Origin: Eledone cirrhosa
Lineage: Eukaryota
Direction: 5' to 3'
NCBI GenBank assembly: GCA_964016885.1
Contig: OZ024741.1
Coordinates: 170,376,001-170,440,000 of the forward strand
DNA length: 64,000 nucleotides
Shown one piece after another: positions 13,501 through 25,500 of the stretch. How positions within the stretch are numbered: position 1 is the stretch's first letter; each line of letters opens with the position of its first letter. The notes below the pieces were generated by a model. It was not told where the DNA came from and did not search any database. It saw only the letters and a list, made by a program, of their open reading frames with translations. A program made the translations under genes and the position numbers.

Positions 13501-16500
13501 AAGGTTGTGGTGTAGGTGGTTATGTTGAAAGGGGCTGTGGTGTAGGTTGTGGTGTCGGTGGTTATGTTGAAAGGGGCTGTGGTGAAGGTTGTGGTGTCGG
13601 TGGTTATGTTGAAAGGGGCTGTGGTGTAGGTTGTGGTGTCGGTGGTTATGTTGAAAGGGGCTGTGGTCAAGGTTGTGGTGTAGGGGGTTATGTTGAAAGG
13701 GGCTGTGGTGTAGGTTGTGGTGTCGGTGGTTATGTTGAAAGGGGCTGTGGTCAAGGTTGTGGTGTAGGTGGTTATGTTGAAAGGGGCTGTGGTGTAGGTT
13801 GTGGTGTCGGTGGTTATGTTGAAAGGGGCTGTGGTGAAGGTTGTGGTGTCGGTGGTTATGTTGAAAGGGGCTGTGGTGTAGGTTGTTGTGTCGGTGGTTA
13901 TGTTGAAAGGGGCTGTGGTCAAGGTTGTGGTGTAGGTGGTTATGTTGAAAGGGGCTGTGGTGTAGGTTGTGGTGTCGGTGGTTATGTTGAAAGGGGCTGT
14001 GGTCAAGGTTGTGGTGTCGGTGGTTATGTTGAAAGGGGCTGTGGTCAAGGTTGTGGTGTAGGTGGTTATGTTGAAAGGGGCTGTGGTCAAGGTTGTGGTG
14101 TCGGTGGTTATGTTGAAAGGGGCTGTGGTCAAGGTTTTGGTGTCGGTGGTTATGTTGAAAGGGGCTGTGGTGAAGGTTGTGGTGTCGGTGGTTATGTTGA
14201 AAGTGGCTGTGGTGTAGGTTGTGGTGTAGGTGGTTATGTTGAAAGGGGCTGTGGTGTAGGTTGTGGTGTCGGTGGTTATGTTGAAAGGGGCTGTGGTGAA
14301 GGTTGTGGTGTAGGTGGTTATGTTGAAAGGGGCTGTGGTGAAGGTTGTGGTGTCGGTGGTTATGTTGAAAGGGGTTGTGGTGAAGGTTGTGGTGTAGGTG
14401 GTTATGTTGAAAGTGGCTGTGGTGAAGGTTGTGGTGTCGGTGGTTATGTTGAAAGGGGCTGTGGTGAAGGTTGTGGTGTCGGTGGTTATGTTGAAAGGGG
14501 CTGTGGTGTAGGTTGTGGTGTCGGTGGTTATGTTGAAAGTGGCTGTGGTGTAGGTTGTGGTGTCGGTGGTTATGTTGAAAGGGGCTGTGGTCAAGGTTGT
14601 GGTGTCGGTGGTTATGTTGAAAGTGGCTGTGGTGTAGGTTGTGGTGTAGGTGGTTATGTTGAAAGGGGCTGTGGTGTAGGTTGTGGTGTCGGTGGTTATG
14701 TTGAAAGGGGCTGTGGTGAAGGTTGTGGTGTAGGTGGTTATGTTGAAAGGGGCTGTGGTGAAGGTTGTGGTGTCGGTGGTTATGTTGAAAGGGGTTGTGG
14801 TGAAGGTTGTGGTGTAGGTGGTTATGTTGAAAGGGGCTGTGGTGAAGGTTGTGGTGTCGGTGTTTATGTTGAAAGGGGCTGTGGTGAAGGTTGTGGTGTC
14901 GGTGGTTATGTTGAAAGGGGCTGTGGTGTAGGTTGTGGTGTCGGTGGTTATGTTGAAAGTGGCTGTGGTGTAGGTTGTGGTGTCGGTGGTTATGTTGAAA
15001 GGGGCTGTGGTCAAGGTTGTGGTGTCGGTGGTTATGTTGAAAGTGGCTGTGGTGAAGGTTGTGGTGTAGGTGGTTATGTTGAAAGGGGCTGTGGTGTAGG
15101 TTGTGGTGTAGGTGGTTATGTTGAAAGGGGCTGTGGTGTAGGTTGTGGTGTCGGTGGTTATGTTGAAAGGGGCTGTGGTGAAGGTTGTGGTGTCGGTGGT
15201 TATGTTGAAAGGGGCTGTGGTCAAGGTTGTAGTGTCGGTGGTTATGTTGAAAGTGGCTGTGGTGTAGGTTGTGGTGTCGGTGGTTATGTTGAAAGGGGCT
15301 GTGGTCAAGGTTGTGGTGTAGGTGGTTATGTTGAAAGGGGCTGTGGTGAAGGTTGTGGTGTCGGTGGTTATGTTGAAAGGGGCTGTGGTCAAGGTTGTGG
15401 TGTCGGTGGTTATGTTGAAAGTGGCTGTGGTGAAGGTTGTGGTGTCGGTAGTTATGTTGAAAGGGGCTGTGGTGAAGGTTGTGGTGTAGGTGGTTATGTT
15501 GAAAGGGGCTGTGGTGTAGGTTGTGGTGTCGGTGGTTATGTTGAAAGGGGCAGTGGTGAAGGTTGTGGTGTCGGTTGTTATGTTGAAAGGGGCTGTGGTG
15601 AAGGTTGTGGTGTCGGTGGTTATGTTGAAAGGGGCTGTGGTCAAGGTTGTGGTGTCGGTGGTTATGTTGAAAGGGGCTGTGGTGTAGGTTGTGGTGTCGG
15701 TGGTTATGTTGAAAGGGGCTGTGGAGTAGGTTGTGGTGTAGGTGGTTATGTTGAAAGGGGCTGTGGTGTAGGTTGTGGTGTCGGTGGTTATGTTGAAAGG
15801 GGCTGTGGAGTAGGTTGTGGTGTAGGTGGTTATGTTGAAAGGGGCTGTGGTGTAGGTTGTGGTGTCGGTGGTTATGTTGAAAGGGGCTGTGGAGTAGGTT
15901 GTGGTGTAGGTGGTTATGTTGAAAGTGGCTGTGGTGAAGGTTGTGGTGTCGGTGGTTATGTTGAAAGGGGCTGTGGTCAAGGTTGTGGTGTCGGTGGTTA
16001 TGTTGAAAGGGGCTGTGGTGAAGGTTGTGGTGTCGGTGGTTATGTTGAAAGGGGCTGTGGTGTAGGTTGTGGTGTCGGTGGTTATGTTGAAAGGGGCTGT
16101 GGTGAAGGTTGTGGTGTCGGTGGTTATGTTGAAAGTGGCTGTGGTGTAGGTTGTGGTGTGGGTGGTTATGTTGAAAGGGGCTGTGGTGAAGGTTGTGGTG
16201 TCGGTGGTTATGTTGAAAGGGGCTGTGGTGTAGGTTGTGGTGTCGGTGGTTATGTTGAAAGGGGCTGTGGTGAAGGTTGTGGTATCGGTGGTTATGTTGA
16301 AAGGGGCTGTGGTGTAGGTTGTGGTGTGGGTGGTTATGTTGAAAAGGGCTGTGGTGTAGGTTGTGGTGTCGGTGGTTATGTTGAAAGGGGCTGTGGTCAA
16401 GGTTGTGGTGTCGGTGGTTATGTTGAAAGTGGCTGTGGTGTAGGTTGTGGTGTGGGTGGTTATGTTGAAAGGGGCTGTGGTGTAGGTTGTGGTGTCGGTG

Positions 16501-19500
16501 GTTATGTTGAAAGGGGCTGTGGTCAAGGTTGTGGTGTCGGTGGTTATGTTGAAAGGGGCTGTGGTGAAGGTTGTGGTGTCGGTGGTTATGTTGAAAGTGG
16601 CTGTGGTGAAGGTTGTGGTGCCGCTGGTTATGTTGAAAGGGGCTGTGGTGTAGGTTGTGGTGTCGGTGGTTATGTTGAAAGGGGCTGTGGAGTAGGTTGT
16701 GGTGTCGGTGGTTATGTTGGAAGGGGCTGTGGTCAAGGTTGTGGTGTCGGTGGTTATGTTGAAAGTGGCTGTGGTGAAGGTTGTGGTGTCGGTGGTTATG
16801 TTGAAAGGGGCTGTGGTGAAGGTTGTGGTGTCGGTGGTTATGTTGGAAGGGGCTGTGGTCAAGGTTGTGGTGTCGGTGGTTATGTTGAAAGGGGCTGTGG
16901 TCAAGGTTGTGGTGTCGGTGGTTATGTTGAAAGGGGCTGTGGTGTAGGTTGTGGTGTGGGTGGTTATGTTGAAAGGGGCTGTGGTCAAGGTTGTGGTGTC
17001 GGTGGTTATGTTGAAAGTGGCTGTGGTGTAGGTTGTGGTGTCGGTGGTTATGTTGAAAGGGGCTGTGGTGTAGGTTGTGGTGTGGGTGGTTATGTTGAAA
17101 GGGGCTGTGGAGTAGGTTGTGGTGTGGGTGGTTATGTTGAAAGTGGCTGTGGTCAAGGTTGTGGTGTCGGTGGTTATGTTGAAAGGGGCTGTGGTGTAGG
17201 TTGTGGTGTCGGTGGTTATGTTGAAAGGGGCTGTGGAGTAGGTTGTGGTGTAGGTGGTTATGTTGAAAGGGGCTGTGGTGTAGGTTGTGGTGTCGGTGGT
17301 TATGTTGAAAGGGGCTGTGGAGTAGGTTGTGGTGTAGGTGGTTATGTTGAAAGGGGCTGTGGTGTAGGTTTTGGTGTCGGTGGTTATGTTGAAAGGGGCT
17401 GTGGAGTAGGTTGTGGTGTAGGTGGTTATGTTGAAAGTGGCTGTGGTGAAGGTTGTGGTGTCGGTGGTTATGTTGAAAGGGGCTGTGGTCAAGGTTGTGG
17501 TGTCGGTGGTTATGTTGAAAGGGGCTGTGGTGAAGGTTGTGGTGTCGGTGGTTATGTTGAAAGGGGCTGTGGTGTAGGTTGTGGTGTCGGTGGTTATGTT
17601 GAAAGGGGCTGTGGTGAAGGTTGTGGTGTCGGTGGTTATGTTGAAAGTGGCTGTGGTGTAGGTTGTGGTGTGGGTGGTTATGTTGAAAGGGGCTGTGGTG
17701 AAGGTTGTGGTGTCGGTGGTTATGTTGAAAGGGGCTGTGGTGTAGGTTGTGGTGTCGGTGGTTATGTTGAAAGGGGCTGTGGTGAAGGTTGTGGTATCGG
17801 TGGTTATGTTGAAAGGGGCTGTGGTGTAGGTTGTGGTGTGGGTGGTTATGTTGAAAGGGGCTGTGGTGTAGGTTGTGGTGTCGGTGGTTATGTTGAAAGG
17901 GGCTGTGGTGAAGGTTGTGGTGTCGGTGGTTATGTTGAAAGTGGCTGTGGTGTAGGTTGTGGTGTGGGTGGTTATGTTGAAAAGGGTTGTGGTGTAGGTT
18001 GTGGTGTTGGTGGTTATGTTGAAAGGGGCTGTGGTCAAGGTTGTGGCGTCGGTGGTTATGTTGAAAGGGGCTGTGGTGTAGGTTGTGGTGTCGGTGGTTA
18101 TGTTGAAAGGGGCTGTGGTGTAGGTTGTGGTGTAGGTGGTTATGTTGAAAGTGGCTGTGGTGAAGGTTGTGGTGTCGGTGGTTATGTTGAAAGGGGCTGT
18201 GGTCAAGGTTGTGGTGTCGGTGGTTATGTTGAAAGGGGCTGTGGTGAAGGTTGTGGTGTCGGTGGTTATGTTGAAAGGGGCTGTGGTCAAGGTTGTGGTG
18301 TCGGTGGTTATGTTGAAAGTGGCTGTGGTGTAGGTTGTGGTGTGGGTGGTTATGTTGAAAGGGGCTGTGGTCAAGGTTGTGGTGTCGGTGGTTATGTTGA
18401 AAGTGGCTGTGGTGTAGGTTGTGGTGTGGGTGGTTATGTTGAAAGGGGCTGTGGTCAAGGTTGTGGTGTAGGTGGTTATGTTGAAAGGGGCTGTGGTGAA
18501 GGTTGTGGTGTCGGTGGTTATGTTGAAAGGGGCTGTGGTGTAGGTTGTGGTGTCGGTGGTTATGTTGAAAGGGGCTGTGGTGTAGGTTGTGGTGTAGGTG
18601 GTTATGTTGAAAGGGGCTGTGGTGTAGGTTGTGGTGTCGGTGGTTATGTTGAAAGGGGCTGTGGTGTAGGTTGTGGTGTCGGTGGTTATGTTGAAAGGGG
18701 CTGTGGTCAAGGTTGTGGTGTAGGTGGTTATGTTGAAAGGGGCTGTGGTGTAGGTTGTGGTGTCGGTGGTTATGTTGAAAGGGGCTGTGGTGAAGGTTGT
18801 GGTGTCGGTGGTTATGTTGAAAGGGGCTGTGGTGTAGGTTGTGGTGTCGGTGGTTATGTTGAAAGGGGCTGTGGTCAAGGTTGTGGTGTAGGTGGTTATG
18901 TTGAAAGGGGCTGTGGTGTAGGTTGTGGTGTCGGTGGTTATGTTGAAAGGGGCTGTGGTCAAGGTTGTGGTGTAGGTGGTTATGTTGAAAGGGGCTGTGG
19001 TGTAGGTTGTGGTGTCGGTGGTTATGTTGAAAGGGGCTGTGGTGAAGGTTGTGGTGTCGGTGGTTATGTTGAAAGGGGCTGTGGTGTCGGTGGTTATGTT
19101 GAAAGGGGCTGTGGTCAAGGTTGTGGTGTAGGTGGTTATGTTGAAAGGGGCTGTGGTGTAGGTTGTGGTGTCGGTGGTTATGTTGAAAGGGGCTGTGGTC
19201 AAGGTTGTGGTGTCGGTGGTTATGTTTAAAGGGGCTGTGGTGAAGGTTGTGGTGTCGGTGGTTATGTTGAAAGTGGCTGTGGTGAAGGTTGTGGTGCCGC
19301 TGGTTATGTTGAAAGGGGCTGTGGTGTAGGTTGTGGTGTCGGTGGTTATGTTGAAAGGGGCTGTGGAGTAGGTTGTGGTGTCGGTGGTTATGTTGGAAGG
19401 GGCTGTGGTCAAGGTTGTGGTGTCGGTGGTTATGTTGAAAGTGGCTGTGGTGAAGGTTGTGGTGTCGGTGGTTATGTTGAAAGGGGCTGTGGTGAAGGTT

Positions 19501-22500
19501 GTGGTGTCGGTGGTTATGTTGGAAGGGGCTGTGGTCAAGGTTGTGGTGTCGGTGGTTATGTTGAAAGGGGCTGTGGTGAAGGTTGTGGTATCGGTGGTTA
19601 TGTTGAAAGGGGCTGTGGTGTAGGTTGTGGTGTGGGTGGTTATGTTGAAAAGGGCTGTGGTGTAGGTTGTGGTGTCGGTGGTTATGTTGAAAGGGGCTGT
19701 GGTCAAGGTTGTGGTGTCGGTGGTTATGTTGAAAGTGGCTGTGGTGTAGGTTGTGGTGTGGGTGGTTATGTTGAAAGGGGCTGTGGTGTAGGTTGTGGTG
19801 TCGGTGGTTATGTTGAAAGGGGCTGTGGTCAAGGTTGTGGTGTCGGTGGTTATGTTGAAAGGGGCTGTGGTGAAGGTTGTGGTGTCGGTGGTTATGTTGA
19901 AAGTGGCTGTGGTGAAGGTTGTGGTGCCGCTGGTTATGTTGAAAGGGGCTGTGGTGTAGGTTGTGGTGTCGGTGGTTATGTTGAAAGGGGCTGTGGAGTA
20001 GGTTGTGGTGTCGGTGGTTATGTTGGAAGGGGCTGTGGTCAAGGTTGTGGTGTCGGTGGTTATGTTGAAAGTGGCTGTGGTGAAGGTTGTGGTGTCGGTG
20101 GTTATGTTGAAAGGGGCTGTGGTGAAGGTTGTGGTGTCGGTGGTTATGTTGGAAGGGGCTGTGGTCAAGGTTGTGGTGTCGGTGGTTATGTTGAAAGGGG
20201 CTGTGGTCAAGGTTGTGGTGTCGGTGGTTATGTTGAAAGGGGCTGTGGTGTAGGTTGTGGTGTGGGTGGTTATGTTGAAAGGGGCTGTGGTCAAGGTTGT
20301 GGTGTCGGTGGTTATGTTGAAAGTGGCTGTGGTGTAGGTTGTGGTGTCGGTGGTTATGTTGAAAGGGGCTGTGGTGTAGGTTGTGGTGTGGGTGGTTATG
20401 TTGAAAGGGGCTGTGGAGTAGGTTGTGGTGTGGGTGGTTATGTTGAAAGTGGCTGTGGTCAAGGTTGTGGTGTCGGTGGTTATGTTGAAAGGGGCTGTGG
20501 TGTAGGTTGTGGTGTCGGTGGTTATGTTGAAAGGGGCTGTGGAGTAGGTCGTGGTGTAGGTGGTTATGTTGAAAGGGGCTGTGGTGTAGGTTGTGGTGTC
20601 GGTGGTTATGTTGAAAGGGGCTGTGGAGTAGGTTGTGGTGTAGGTGGTTATGTTGAAAGGGGCTGTGGTGTAGGTTGTGGTGTCGGTGGTTATGTTGAAA
20701 GGGGCTGTGGAGTAGGTTGTGGTGTAGGTGGTTATGTTGAAAGTGGCTGTGGTGAAGGTTGTGGTGTCGGTGGTTATGTTGAAAGGGGCTGTGGTCAAGG
20801 TTGTGGTGTCGGTGGTTATGTTGAAAGGGGCTGTGGTGAAGGTTGTGGTGTCGGTGGTTATGTTGAAAGGGGCTGTGGTGTAGGTTGTGGTGTCGGTGGT
20901 TATGTTGAAAGGGGCTGTGGTGAAGGTTGTGGTGTCGGTGGTTATGTTGAAAGTGGCTGTGGTGTAGGTTGTGGTGTGGGTGGTTATGTTGAAAGGGGCT
21001 GTGGTGAAGGTTGTGGTGTCGGTGGTTATGTTGAAAGGGGCTGTGGTGTAGGTTGTGGTGTCGGTGGTTATGTTGAAAGGGGCTGTGGTGAAGGTTGTGG
21101 TATCGGTGGTTATGTTGAAAGGGGCTGTGGTGTAGGTTGTGGTGTGGGTGGTTATGTTGAAAGGGGCTGTGGTGTAGGTTGTGGTGTCGGTGGTTATGTT
21201 GAAAGGGGCTGTGGTGAAGGTTGTGGTGTCGGTGGTTATGTTGAAAGTGGCTGTGGTGTAGGTTGTGGTGTGGGTGGTTATGTTGAAAAGGGTTGTGGTG
21301 TAGGTTGTGGTGTTGGTGGTTATGTTGAAAGGGGCTGTGGTCAAGGTTGTGGCGTCGGTGGTTATGTTGAAAGGGGCTGTGGTGTAGGTTGTGGTGTCGG
21401 TGGTTATGTTGAAAGGGGCTGTGGTGTAGGTTGTGGTGTAGGTGGTTATGTTGAAAGTGGCTGTGGTGAAGGTTGTGGTGTCGGTGGTTATGTTGAAAGG
21501 GGCTGTGGTCAAGGTTGTGGTGTCGGTGGTTATGTTGAAAGGGGCTGTGGTGAAGGTTGTGGTGTCGGTGGTTATGTTGAAAGGGGCTGTGGTCAAGGTT
21601 GTGGTGTCGGTGGTTATGTTGAAAGTGGCTGTGGTGTAGGTTGTGGTGTGGGTGGTTATGTTGAAAGGGGCTGTGGTCAAGGTTGTGGTGTCGGTGGTTA
21701 TGTTGAAAGTGGCTGTGGTGTAGGTTGTGGTGTGGGTGGTTATGTTGAAAGGGGCTGTGGTCAAGGTTGTGGTGTAGGTGGTTATGTTGAAAGGGGCTGT
21801 GGTGAAGGTTGTGGTGTCGGTGGTTATGTTGAAAGGGGCTGTGGTGTAGGTTGTGGTGTCGGTGGTTATGTTGAAAGGGGCTGTGGTGTAGGTTGTGGTG
21901 TAGGTGGTTATGTTGAAAGGGGCTGTGGTGTAGGTTGTGGTGTCGGTGGTTATGTTGAAAGGGGCTGTGGTGTAGGTTGTGGTGTCGGTGGTTATGTTGA
22001 AAGGGGCTGTGGTCAAGGTTGTGGTGTAGGTGGTTATGTTGAAAGGGGCTGTGGTGTAGGTTGTGGTGTCGGTGGTTATGTTGAAAGGGGCTGTGGTGAA
22101 GGTTGTGGTGTCGGTGGTTATGTTGAAAGGGGCTGTGGTGTAGGTTGTGGTGTCGGTGGTTATGTTGAAAGGGGCTGTGGTCAAGGTTGTGGTGTAGGTG
22201 GTTATGTTGAAAGGGGCTGTGGTGTAGGTTGTGGTGTCGGTGGTTATGTTGAAAGGGGCTGTGGTCAAGGTTGTGGTGTAGGTGGTTATGTTGAAAGGGG
22301 CTGTGGTGTAGGTTGTGGTGTCGGTGGTTATGTTGAAAGGGGCTGTGGTGAAGGTTGTGGTGTCGGTGGTTATGTTGAAAGGGGCTGTGGTGTCGGTGGT
22401 TATGTTGAAAGGGGCTGTGGTCAAGGTTGTGGTGTAGGTGGTTATGTTGAAAGGGGCTGTGGTGTAGGTTGTGGTGTCGGTGGTTATGTTGAAAGGGGCT

Positions 22501-25500
22501 GTGGTCAAGGTTGTGGTGTCGGTGGTTATGTTTAAAGGGGCTGTGGTGAAGGTTGTGGTGTCGGTGGTTATGTTGAAAGTGGCTGTGGTGAAGGTTGTGG
22601 TGCCGCTGGTTATGTTGAAAGGGGCTGTGGTGTAGGTTGTGGTGTCGGTGGTTATGTTGAAAGGGGCTGTGGAGTAGGTTGTGGTGTCGGTGGTTATGTT
22701 GGAAGGGGCTGTGGTCAAGGTTGTGGTGTCGGTGGTTATGTTGAAAGTGGCTGTGGTGAAGGTTGTGGTGTCGGTGGTTATGTTGAAAGGGGCTGTGGTG
22801 AAGGTTGTGGTGTCGGTGGTTATGTTGGAAGGGGCTGTGGTCAAGGTTGTGGTGTCGGTGGTTATGTTGAAAGGGGCTGTGGTCAAGGTTGTGGTGTCGG
22901 TGGTTATGTTGAAAGGGGCTGTGGTGTAGGTTGTGGTGTGGGTGGTTATGTTGAAAGGGGCTGTGGTCAAGGTTGTGGTGTCAGTGGTTATGTTGAAAGT
23001 GGCTGTGGTGTAGGTTGTGCTGTCGGTGGTTATGTTGAAAGGGGCTGTGGTGTAGGTTGTGGTGTGGGTGGTTATGTTGAAAGGGGCTGTGGAGTAGGTT
23101 GTGGTGTAGGTGGTTATGTTGAAAGGGGCTGCGGTGTAGGTTGTGGTGTCGGTGGTTATGTTGAAAGGGGCTGTGGTGTAGGTTGTGGTGTAGGTGGTTA
23201 TGTTGAAAGGGGCTGTGGTGTAGGTTGTGGTTTCGGTGGTTATGTTGAAAGGGGCTGTGGTCAAGGTTGTGGTGTAGGTGGTTATGTTGAAAGGGGCTGT
23301 GGTGTAGGTTGTGGTGTAGGTGGTTATGTTGAAAGGGGCTGTGGTGTAGGTTGTGGTGTAGGTGGTTATGTTGAAAGGGGCTGTGGTGTAGGTTGTGGTG
23401 TCGGTGGTTATGTTGAAAGGGGCTGTGGTGAAGGTTGTGGTGTCGGTGGTTATGTTGAAAGGGGCAGTGGTGAAGGTTGTGGTGTCGGTGGTTATGTTGA
23501 AAGGGGCTGTGGTCAAGGTTGTGGTGTAGGTGGTTATGTTGAAAGGGGCTGTGGTCAAGGTTGTGGTGTCGGTGGTTATGTTGAAAGTGGCTGTGGTGTA
23601 GGTTGTGGTGTAGGTGGTTATGTTGAACGGGGCTGTGGTGTAGGTTGTGGTGTAGGTGGTTATGTTGAAAGGGGCTGTGGTGAAGGTTGTGGTGTCGGTG
23701 GTTATGTTGGAAGTGGCTGTGGTGTAGGTTGTGGTGTCGGTGGTTATGTTGAAAGGGGCTGTGGTCAAGGTTGTGGTGTAGGTGGTTATGTTGGAAGTGG
23801 CTGTGGTGTAGGTTGTGGTGTAGGTGGTTATGTTGAAAGGGGCTGTGGTGTAGGTTGTGGTGTAGGTGGTTATGTTGAAAGGGGCTGTGGTGAAGGTTGT
23901 GGTGTCGGTGGTTATGTTGGAAGTGGCTGTGGTGTAGGTTGTGGTGTCGGTGGTTATGTTGAAAGGGGCTGTGGTCAAGGTTGTGGTGTAGGTGGTTATG
24001 TTGAAAGGGGCTGTGGTCAAGGTTGTGGTGTAGGTGGTTATGTTGAAAGGGGCTGTGGTGAAGGTTGTGGTGTGGTGGTTATGTTGAAAGGGGCTGTGGT
24101 GTAGGTTGTGGTGTAGGTGGTTATGTTGAAAGGGGCTGTGGTGAAGGTCGTGGTGTCGGTGGTTATGTTGAAAGGGGCTGTGGTCAAGGTTATGGTGTCG
24201 GTGGTTATGTTGAAAGGGGCTGTGGTGTAGGTTGTGGTGTCGGTGGTTATGTTGAAAGGGGCTGTGGTGTAGGTTGTGGTGTAGGTGGTTATGTTGAAAG
24301 GGGCTGTGGTGAAGGTTGTGGTGTCGGTGGTTATGTTGAAAGTGGCTGTGGTGAAGGTTGTGGTGTCGGTGGTTATGTTGAAAGGGGCTGTGGTGAAGGT
24401 TGTGGTGTCGGTGGTTATGTTGAAAGGGGCTGTGGTGAAGGTTGTGGTGTCGGTGGTTATGTTGAAAGGGGCTGTGGTGAAGGTTGTGGTGTAGGTGGTT
24501 ATGTTGAAAGGAGCTGTGGTCAAGGTTGTGGTGTAGGTGGTTATGTTGAAAGTGGCTGTGGTCAAGGTTGTGGTGTCGGTGGTTATGTTGAAAGGGGCTG
24601 TGGTCAAGGTTGTGGTGCCGCTGGTTATGTTGAAAGGGGCTGTGGTGAAGGTTGTGGTGTCGGTGGTTATGTTGAAAGGGGCTGTGGTGTAGGTTGTGGT
24701 GTCGGTGGTTATGTTGAAAGGGGCTGTGGTGAAGGTTGTGGTGTCGGTGGTTATGTTGAAAGGGGCTGTGGTGAAGGTTGTGGTGTCGGTGGTTATGTTG
24801 AAAGGGGCTGTGGTGAAGGTTGTGGTGTCGGTGGTTATGTTGAAAGGGGCTGTGGTGTAGGTTGTGGTGTCGGTGGTTATGTTGAAAGGGGCTGTGGTGA
24901 AGGTTGTGGTGTCGGTGGTTATGTTGAAAGGGGCTGTGGTGAAGGTTGTGGTGTCGGTGGTTATGTTGAAAGGGGCTGTGCTCAAGGTTGTGGTGTCGGT
25001 GGTTATGTTGAAAGGGGCTGTGGTGAAGGTTGTGGTGTAGGTGGTTATGTTGAAAGGGCTGTGGTGTAGGTTGTGGTGTCGGTGGTTATGTTGAAAGGGG
25101 CTGTGGTCAAGGTTATGGTGTCGGTGGTTATGTTGAAAGGGGCTGTGGTCAAGGTTGTGGTGTCGGTGGTTATGTTGAAAGGGGCTGTGGTGTAGGTTGT
25201 GGTGTCGGTGGTTATGTTGAAAGGGGCTGTGGTGTAGGTGGTGGTGTAGGTGGTTATGTTGAAAGGGGCTGTGGTGAAGGTTGTGGTGTCGGTGGTTATG
25301 TTGAAAGTGGCTGTGGTGTAGGTTGTGGTGTCGGTGGTTATGTTGAAAGGGGCTGTTGTCAAGGTTGTGGTGTCGGTGGTTATGTTGAAAGGGGCTGTGG
25401 TCAAGGTTGTGGTGTCGGTGGTTATGTTGAAAGGGGCTGTGGTGAAGGTTGTGGTGTCGGTGGTTATGTTGACAGGGGCTGTGGTCAAGGTTGTGGTGTC

